A stretch of DNA of 64,000 nucleotides from Thermoanaerobaculia bacterium (lineage in GTDB: Bacteria; Acidobacteriota; Thermoanaerobaculia; Gp7-AA8), in NCBI GenBank assembly GCA_034664845.1, contig JAXDGW010000064.1, forward strand, positions 21,632-85,631, given 5' to 3'. Below are positions 57,509 to 64,000 of this stretch, in pieces. The translations under genes were made by a program, and so were the position numbers. The notes under the pieces were generated by a model. The model did no database searches. It was given only the letters and a program-made list of their open reading frames with translations, and was not told the DNA's origin. The stretch's first letter is position 1. Each line of letters starts with the position of its first letter.

Positions 57509-59316
57509 GGTTTCGCGACTTCCTTTTCCAGTTCTTCGAAATTCACATCCTCCGTCTTGATCATCTTCCGGTTCCGCTTTCCCGCTTCGATATCGACCGT
57601 CACGGTTTGCTTCGTTCCGTTTGGCCCGGCCACCGTGACCTTGTAACGGCCCGGCTCGAGATCAATACGCGTTGGCATGTCCCTCCTCTCATCGGTCAGG
57701 TCGATCGACTTGCCCTTGTCGTCGATGATCGTTTCCAGCTCACCCGAGGGCGAGGCCGAAAGGAGGAGCGCACCTTGTCCCGCGGCGATCGGAGCGGTGG
57801 ATGTAGGAGCCGTCGCCGTCACACTCGTCGTGCTTGCAGCGACGGTCGGTGCCGCGCTCTGGCTGTTTTTCCAGATGAGGAAACCGGCGACGCCGAGAAC
57901 GATCACGACGGCCGCGGCGATGCCGATCATCATCCCGCTGTTGCTCTTCTTCGGAGCGAGCGATCCCGGCGTGATCTGGCGCTCGATCATCGTCGCCTCG
58001 GCGCCCGGACCGCCGCTCCACTTCTGCTCCGCCGCGGTCGGTGCGGCCTGCGAGTTGAAGCGCTCCATCACCGTCGCCTCGTCGCTGCCGGTGCGTGTTC
58101 CCGGAGCGCCAGCCAACGACGCGGCGCCGAGGTTGCGCTCCATGACCGTGGCCTCATCGCTGCCGACTCGCGTCCCGGTCGGCCCGACACGCACCTCGGC
58201 CTGCGTCGGCTGGCCGGTCATCGTCTGCTGCGTGGCCTGTTGTCCGCTGTATGTGCCGCCGGGGCCGGTCATGAACTTCGGCAGTTCGGCCAGCGTCTGC
58301 GCGCCGGAGAGGGTGATCATCCGCTCGCCGAGTCCGTACTTGGCGTCGGGCGGAACGGTGTTGCGGATCGCCTCGAGGGCGTGCTCGAAATCAGCCGCGG
58401 TGGCGTAGCGGTTGTCGCGGCTCTTTTCGAGCGAGCGCATGATCACCGACTCCACCTGCGACGGCACTTTCACGGCAGGATTGAGCTCGTGAATCGGCAG
58501 CGGTTTCTCGGTGACGTGCTTGAGGATGTAGCCGTGGGGATTGGTGGCCTGGAACGGCGCGCGGCCCGCCAGCATCTCGTACATGACGATGCCGAACGAG
58601 TAGAGATCGGAGCGCGGGTCGAGGTGCTCTCCTTCTTTGAGGAAGCCGGCCTGCTCGGGCGATGCGTATTTGAGCTTGCCGAGGAACATGCCGGTCTGCG
58701 TGAGCCCCTGGCCGCCTTCCCCTTCTGCCAGCTGCTTGGCGATACCGAAGTCGATGACCTTCACCAGCAGTTTGCCGTGGTGGTCCTGCGACAGCATGAT
58801 GTTTTCCGGCGAGATGTCGCGGTGGATGAGGCCCATGGAGTGGAGATGATCGAGTCCGCTCAACGCCTGAATCGAAATTTCGATGGCTAAACGTGAGGGC
58901 ATCGCTCCGTTCTGCGCGATCCACTTCTGAATGTTCGTGCCGTCGATGAACTCCCACACCATGTAGTAGGAGCCGTCGTCGAGCTGGGCGAAGTCGTAAA
59001 GCATCGCCAGGTTCTTGTGCTTGATCATCGTCGACGTGCGCGCCTCCTGGAGGAAGCGCTGCATGCCCTGATCGTCGGCGGCGACGTTCGGCCGCATGAT
59101 TTTGATGACGCGAAGCTCGTTGAGATGGATGTGGCGGACTTTGAAGATCTCGCCCATGCCGCCGACGCCGAGGCGGTCGAGGATCTGGTACTTGCCGTCG
59201 AGCAGCTTCGATGAGTAGGTCCTCTGGAACATCGTCACGCGCTCACCGCACGCGGGACACTGCTCCAGATTCACATCGATCGGCTGTTTGCAGCGAAGGC
59301 AGTTGATTTGGCTCAT
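57505..59316 (-). CDS. Membrane Ser/Thr protein kinase with N-terminal zinc ribbon and C-terminal extracytoplasmic PEGA-like domain
   Basis: CLRC..CPAC; LGVGGMG, VIK, HRDISPEN, DFGIAK; TM GIAAAVVIVLGVAGFLIW. Confidence 0.92.
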   Translation of the reverse strand: MSQINCLRCKQPIDVNLEQCPACGERVTMFQRTYSSKLLDGKYQILDRLGVGGMGEIFKVRHIHLNELRVIKIMRPNVAADDQGMQRFLQEARTSTMIKHKNLAMLYDFAQLDDGSYYMVWEFIDGTNIQKWIAQNGAMPSRLAIEISIQALSGLDHLHSMGLIHRDISPENIMLSQDHHGKLLVKVIDFGIAKQLAEGEGGQGLTQTGMFLGKLKYASPEQAGFLKEGEHLDPRSDLYSFGIVMYEMLAGRAPFQATNPHGYILKHVTEKPLPIHELNPAVKVPSQVESVIMRSLEKSRDNRYATAADFEHALEAIRNTVPPDAKYGLGERMITLSGAQTLAELPKFMTGPGGTYSGQQATQQTMTGQPTQAEVRVGPTGTRVGSDEATVMERNLGAASLAGAPGTRTGSDEATVMERFNSQAAPTAAEQKWSGGPGAEATMIERQITPGSLAPKKSNSGMMIGIAAAVVIVLGVAGFLIWKNSQSAAPTVAASTTSVTATAPTSTAPIAAGQGALLLSASPSGELETIIDDKGKSIDLTDERRDMPTRIDLEPGRYKVTVAGPNGTKQTVTVDIEAGKRNRKMIKTEDVNFEELEKEVAKP

Positions 59317-59332
59317 GTTTGCTCCGGGGTTC

Positions 59333-59412
59333 GCGGTCGCGGGGTCTCGCGGTTTCGTGGTCTCGCGGGGAACAGGCCGCGCGACGGCGAAACTTCGCGA
59401 CCTCGCTACCGC
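59333..59412. repeat. GGTCTCGCGG-unit palindrome
   Basis: GCGGTCGCGGGGTCTCGCGG versus CGCGACCTCGCTACCGC. Confidence 0.55.
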
Positions 59413-59413
59413 A

Positions 59414-60634
59414 TCACTGATTTCTCAACACATAACTACACGCCGGGTCCGCGCCGAACCGCACGACGTCTCCAGGCTTCAACGCCGTCTTCTCGACACG
59501 CGTGTTGTTCACATACGTTCCGTTGGCGGATTTCAGATCTTCGAGCGTGCACGCTCCGCCGTTCATTGTGATGCGGGCGTGGCGCCGCGAGACTGCCGGA
59601 TGGGTCAGCACCACCGAACAGGTGCGGTCGCGCCCGACCATGATGCTGTCGCCCTGCAGCGCGTGCTTCTCGTTCGCTTCGGGCTTCACGTGGACGAGCT
59701 GCCACTGCTGCTGCGCCGGCGCTTTTGCGGCGGCCTCGGCGACTGCGGCAGGCATCGGCCGCATGGTCGGCGTGTAGCCGGGGCGGAGGTTGTACTCCTC
59801 GAGCGCCTCGAAGAACGCGCGGGCCGATTCGTAGCGCTGCTCCATGCGCGGATGCATGGCGCGCAACACGATCGCCTCCAGCTCAGCGTCGATCTCCGGC
59901 CGAAGAGCGCGCGGCTGCTGTTTCTCGCCGCGGTAGATGGCGTCGATCAGCTTCGGCAGCGAGCGGCTGTTGAACGGCAATGCACCGGTCAGCATCTCGT
60001 ACAGAACGACGCCAGACGAGTAGACATCGCTCTTCGCTCCAGCATCCTTCGGCTCGCGGATCTGCTCGGGAGACATGTAGTGGGGAGTGCCGAGGAGGAA
60101 GCCGGACTTGGTCAGGACGGTCTGGCCGCTGCCGGCGCCCCCTTCTTTGATCTTGGCGATGCCGAAGTCGGTCACTTTGACCACGCCGTTTTTCTCGCGG
60201 ATCAGATTCGCGGGCTTGATGTCGCGGTGAACGATGCCTTTGCCGTGCGCGTAGACCAGCGCCTCGAGCAGACACTGCGCCGTCCCAATGGCGTCGGCGA
60301 TCGGCATCGCGCCGCGTTCGGTCAGCAGCACATCGACGGGAGTGCCCTCGACCAACTCCATGACCAGCACGGCGTGATCGGTTTTGTTGATGAACTCGTA
60401 GAACCGGGTGATGTAGCGGTGGCGCAGCTTCTCGAGAATGTGCGCCTCTTTCACGAAGCGCTTCCGGGCGGTCACTTCACCGGCCAGCTCCTCATTGATC
60501 ACTTTGAGGACGACGACATAGTCCTCCGGAAGGATCTCGCTGCGGGCGACCGTGCGGCCGACATAGACGTGGCTCATCCCACCTTCGCCGAGCTCGCGCT
60601 CGATGCGGTAGTTGCCGACGACGTTGCCGATCAT
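59414..60634 (-). CDS. Cytoplasmic Ser/Thr kinase with C-terminal FHA domain
   Basis: LGEGGM, VLK, HRDIKPAN, DFGIAK, GTPHYMSPEQ; FHA GRDRTC...VSRRHA...DLKSANGTYVN. Confidence 0.93.
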   Translation of the reverse strand: MIGNVVGNYRIERELGEGGMSHVYVGRTVARSEILPEDYVVVLKVINEELAGEVTARKRFVKEAHILEKLRHRYITRFYEFINKTDHAVLVMELVEGTPVDVLLTERGAMPIADAIGTAQCLLEALVYAHGKGIVHRDIKPANLIREKNGVVKVTDFGIAKIKEGGAGSGQTVLTKSGFLLGTPHYMSPEQIREPKDAGAKSDVYSSGVVLYEMLTGALPFNSRSLPKLIDAIYRGEKQQPRALRPEIDAELEAIVLRAMHPRMEQRYESARAFFEALEEYNLRPGYTPTMRPMPAAVAEAAAKAPAQQQWQLVHVKPEANEKHALQGDSIMVGRDRTCSVVLTHPAVSRRHARITMNGGACTLEDLKSANGTYVNNTRVEKTALKPGDVVRFGADPACSYVLRNQ

Positions 60635-61293
60635 TTCAGAACGCCCTCTTCATCCCAGTAGAACCCTTCTTCGCAGAGAGGCACGAAGATGTATTTGTGG
60701 GAGCCGACGCGGACGATGTCTTTCGTGGCGAGATCGCGCCGCGGCTCGATCTCGGTCTCGTTGACATAGGTTCCGTTCGTGGAGTTGTGGTCCATCAGAA
60801 TGAATCGCCGCTCTTCGGGGCGGAAAACGAGATCGGCATGATGCGAGGAGGCCTGGTCGTCGTTGACGACGATGTCGGAGCGCCGGTCGCGGCCGAGGAC
60901 GTTGCGGCCGATGCGCACGGGAAAGGATTCGCCGCGTGCTGTGCCATTCAAGCCGACCAGCCAGGCGACGACGTACCGTTTGGGCTGGGCATTGGGATCG
61001 AGTTTCTGCACCGCGACCGTGCGGTCGGCCGCCTCCGGCTCAACGCCAACCGCGGCAGCGGCGTCGACACGGGCCATCGTTTTGGGCGGCGGAACCGCGG
61101 TCGGCCTACGCACCGGCTCGCCCGGAACGGGCGCGGGCCGCTGCGCTTCCGGCAGACCGAAACGCGTCGGGCGTACGACCGGGACATCGGGCTCGGAGGT
61201 TTCCACAGGGCAGTACGGACAGAGATCCCAGCTCTCATCGATAAAGTGCCCGTTCTCACACCGCTTATCAGCCACGTTCAGCGCCTCACGCAT
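60631..61293 (-). CDS. Zinc-ribbon + FHA domain protein
   Basis: CENGH...CPYC; Pro-rich linker; GRDRRSDI...SSHHA...DHNSTNGTYVN. Confidence 0.88.
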   Translation of the reverse strand: MREALNVADKRCENGHFIDESWDLCPYCPVETSEPDVPVVRPTRFGLPEAQRPAPVPGEPVRRPTAVPPPKTMARVDAAAAVGVEPEAADRTVAVQKLDPNAQPKRYVVAWLVGLNGTARGESFPVRIGRNVLGRDRRSDIVVNDDQASSHHADLVFRPEERRFILMDHNSTNGTYVNETEIEPRRDLATKDIVRVGSHKYIFVPLCEEGFYWDEEGVLK

Positions 61294-62914
61294 GGAAGGC
61301 GATCGCAACCGCGTTGCGTCCGCCGAAATAGATGATGTCGCCGTCCTTCAGGAACCGTTTGTCGATCTTCTGGTCGTTGACGTATGTCCCATTTGACGAG
61401 TTCCTGTCGATCAGCAGCACCTTGCCGTCGATCGACACCACTTCCGCATGCAGCCGGGAGACCTTGGGATTCTCCAATACGATCTCACACATCGCCGATT
61501 CCCGTCCGATGCGAATGCCCGAACCACCGAGTCCGAGCCGCTCGCCGGCTCGCGATCCGTTGAGAATCGTGAGCTTGCCGAGCATCTGCGGCGCGCCGGG
61601 CGGCACGCTGGCCGGCGAGACGACGCGCTCGGTCGTGACTTTGAGCATGTCGGCGGCGATGCGCGGGCGGCGAACGTGCGGGAGAGTCAGCACGAGCGCC
61701 AGCGCTGCGATCGCGCCGCCGGCGCCGGCAGTCGCCACCGGATGCTTGCGCCAGAGCGGCATCGATTGCAGCGCGCGCTCGGTGTCGTGACGAAAGCGAA
61801 TGAGGTCGGGCGAGTTAGGGAAAAGAGCGTTCGCGCTGGCCAGCTCGGTCGAAGCAACCGTCCACTTGCCCTCCTGCGCCGCATCGAGCGAAGCCCGGTA
61901 GTGCCGGTCGAACTCACCCTGTTCGTTGATGGGAACCTTCGTCTCCGCGAGGAAGCTCCTGGCCACGTTGACCGGAACGAGAAACTTGATCGATTCGGCG
62001 TCGCTGCGGCCCCAGGTGGAGATGCCGATCACATCGCCGTTCCGGTTCACGGCCGGCCCGCCTGAGTTGCCGCGATAAATGGCGACGTTCGACTGGAACA
62101 CCGGCGTGTTCGCCACGTTGCGCTTGATGGCCGTGATGATGCCGGGACTGAACGTCGCCTCGAGGTCGCTGTCGCGCGACAGCCAGCCGCCGATGACGTC
62201 GTCGGTGCTGCTGGCGACCGCCGGATAGCCGTACGCCCAGATCGGTTCGCCGACGCGCGTGGAATCGGAATCGCCGAGGGTCAGGACCGGGAGGTTTTTC
62301 CGCTTCACGCGAAGGAGGGCGAGATCGGTGCCGTGCTGCGCCAACGCCGGAGAAAAGCGCTCGATCGTGAAGGGCAGCTTCTCGCCGTTGGAGAGATCGA
62401 TCTCGTTCGTGACGACGCGCGCCACGAGATGTCCGTTGGAAACGAGAGTGCCGATGTAGCGATCGAGTGCATCGCTGCGATAGAGCTTGCGAAGCTCGTC
62501 GACCGGAAAGTGCTTCAACAACGCCGAGATGGCTCCGTTGCGCAGCAGCTCGCGGTCGAGCGCAGCCGCGTCGCGCGTCGGTTCGACGACGTGTCCGCTC
62601 GTGAGGATCAAGCCATCGGGATTGATGATGAAGCCGCTGCCGGAGCCGCCGGCGCCGGTCGGCACTTCCATCTCAATCTGGGCAACCCGCTGCGCGGCAA
62701 CGTCGTAGCCGTCGCTCTTTAGTGCGGCGGCGATCCCCGCGATCGCGGCGGGCGAGTAGCGAAATTGCGCCGTCGCAAATGCGCTGATGCGGACGACCGC
62801 CGGCTTCACTTCGTAGGCCATCTTGCCGACGTCGTCGAGGTGCGCCACGTCACCGCGGCAGCCGAGCGCCGTCAGAAGCAGCAGGATGAAAACGAGCCGG
62901 GACAGGGAGGCCAT
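61286..62914 (-). CDS. Trypsin-like (S1) serine protease - TM - FHA fusion
   Basis: Lipobox LTALGC; triad in TSGHVV, TDLALL and GNSGGP; TM AGAGGAIAALALVLTL; FHA GRES...VSRLHA...DRNSSNGTYVN; a GATAAT -10 box 6 nt before ATG 62914. Confidence 0.88.
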   Translation of the reverse strand: MASLSRLVFILLLLTALGCRGDVAHLDDVGKMAYEVKPAVVRISAFATAQFRYSPAAIAGIAAALKSDGYDVAAQRVAQIEMEVPTGAGGSGSGFIINPDGLILTSGHVVEPTRDAAALDRELLRNGAISALLKHFPVDELRKLYRSDALDRYIGTLVSNGHLVARVVTNEIDLSNGEKLPFTIERFSPALAQHGTDLALLRVKRKNLPVLTLGDSDSTRVGEPIWAYGYPAVASSTDDVIGGWLSRDSDLEATFSPGIITAIKRNVANTPVFQSNVAIYRGNSGGPAVNRNGDVIGISTWGRSDAESIKFLVPVNVARSFLAETKVPINEQGEFDRHYRASLDAAQEGKWTVASTELASANALFPNSPDLIRFRHDTERALQSMPLWRKHPVATAGAGGAIAALALVLTLPHVRRPRIAADMLKVTTERVVSPASVPPGAPQMLGKLTILNGSRAGERLGLGGSGIRIGRESAMCEIVLENPKVSRLHAEVVSIDGKVLLIDRNSSNGTYVNDQKIDKRFLKDGDIIYFGGRNAVAIAFHA

Positions 62915-62921
62915 TGCGCGA

Positions 62922-64000
62922 TTATCGGTGGGAGGGAGCGGTAGTTCTGGCGGTTCCTTGTTGATACCAGTAGACCCACGCGCCGGCAGTGCTGAGCAAG
63001 AGGACGAGAGCGAGCACGCAACCGAGCATGGAGCGCTTCGGTGCCGGCTTCGGAACGGCACGGACCGGCGTCTCGACCGTCTTGTCCATCGGGTCTTCGA
63101 TCTCCAGCGTGACATCGGAGACCGCTGCTCCTGCATGTTCGACAGGCTTGTCGCCCGGTGCCGTTACAGCGTCTGCCGCTGGATTTGCCGCCGCTGCCTG
63201 CTCCGCTTCGAGCGCCTCGAGCAACGCCGCCATCGGCGCGGTGTCGCGCTGGGTCTCATCGAGCGGATGATCGGCCAGCGTCTCGTCGGCATCGACGAGT
63301 GTGGCGTCACCAACATCGTCAACCGGGACGATCTTCGCCACGATCACGGTGACGTTGTCGGGCGCGCCGCGAGCCAGCGCCCGCTTCACGTACTCGGTCG
63401 CGGCCTGATCGATGGGGAGCGCGGCGATCTCTTTCAGCTCGGGCTCTTTGACGAGTCCGTGCAAGCCGTCGCTGCAGAGGATGAAGACGTCATCCTTCTG
63501 TACGTCGAACGGACCAAAGACATCGATCTCGACATCCTCAGCAACTCCCATGGAGCGCTGCAGGACGTTGCGGCGCGGATGCGTCTCGGCCTCTTTCGCC
63601 GTCAGCAGCCCCTCCCGCACCATCGAGGCGACGAGCGAGTGATCCTCGGTGATCTGGCGAATGTCATCGCCGCGTACGACGTAGATGCGCGAGTCGCCGA
63701 CGTGTGCGAACCAGGCCTGATTGTTCTTGACGACGAGCGCGGAGGTCGTCGTCCCCATCCCTCTCAAATCAGGATTCGCCTGGGCTTCCGAAAAGATCCT
63801 CGCGTTGGCCCGCGCCAGCGCCTCGCGCAAGGCTTGGGAGATGTCGTAGGTCTCGCTGCCGAGGTATTGGGCCTTGACCGTCTCGCCGGCGAGCCTCGAT
63901 GCGGTGGCCCCGCCACGATGCCCGCCCATGCCGTCCGCAACGACGAGCAACCGTCCGCCGGGATGACTGTGGCTCTCTTCGCGCGGCGTGGTGTAGGTGC
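62922..64000 (-). CDS. PP2C/PPM family Ser/Thr phosphatase with C-terminal TM (5'-truncated by window edge)
   Basis: VADGMGGH.GG..AS, GMGTT, HVGDSR.Y, TEDHSLV, RNVLQRSMG, CSDGL, GAPDNVTV; the frame is open to the window edge. Confidence 0.93.
   Translation of the reverse strand, partial: TYTTPREESHSHPGGRLLVVADGMGGHRGGATASRLAGETVKAQYLGSETYDISQALREALARANARIFSEAQANPDLRGMGTTTSALVVKNNQAWFAHVGDSRIYVVRGDDIRQITEDHSLVASMVREGLLTAKEAETHPRRNVLQRSMGVAEDVEIDVFGPFDVQKDDVFILCSDGLHGLVKEPELKEIAALPIDQAATEYVKRALARGAPDNVTVIVAKIVPVDDVGDATLVDADETLADHPLDETQRDTAPMAALLEALEAEQAAAANPAADAVTAPGDKPVEHAGAAVSDVTLEIEDPMDKTVETPVRAVPKPAPKRSMLGCVLALVLLLSTAGAWVYWYQQGTARTTAPSHR

Noticed and set aside
56453-64000. Type VI secretion locus
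   Set aside because: Kinase/PP2C/FHA genes occur in T6SS clusters, but no tssB/C, hcp, vgrG, clpV or tssJLM genes are in the window.

Overview
A GC-rich bacterial chromosomal window of mostly housekeeping genes; the gene content and repeat families suggest Acidobacteriota, possibly Thermoanaerobaculia (inference, not verified). No rRNA, tRNA, CRISPR array or intact transposase/integrase is visible. Main blocks: selD with an in-frame UGA (selenocysteine) codon and SECIS-like hairpin; a structured ~350-nt non-coding region resembling 6S RNA; moaD, M28 peptidase and tyrA; four GT-C/YfhO-type membrane proteins; rph, a 780-bp REP mosaic, glgC, dnaJ-like, lpxH-like, aroA and corC-like genes; queE/mce; an isolated gvpJ-gvpA pair; S9 and M50 peptidases; secA preceded by a small signal-peptide uORF ending in P-R-A-P-A and coupled to an RBS-abutting hairpin (best novel candidate: a SecM-like translation-arrest secretion monitor); an MNT-HEPN toxin-antitoxin pair; a lower-GC NDT/TIR-like gene split by a frameshift; a lipid A/core operon (waaA-lpxK-lpxL-waaF); fabH, speA, and yitJ under a SAM-II-like riboswitch with a terminator; a class A PBP; a histone H1-like protein; and a six-gene PP2C / protease-FHA / FHA / kinase-FHA / kinase / TPR signalling operon running off the right edge. 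Many genes look leaderless, with a -10 box 6-9 nt before the start codon. Several families of REP-like palindromes fill the intergenic spaces.
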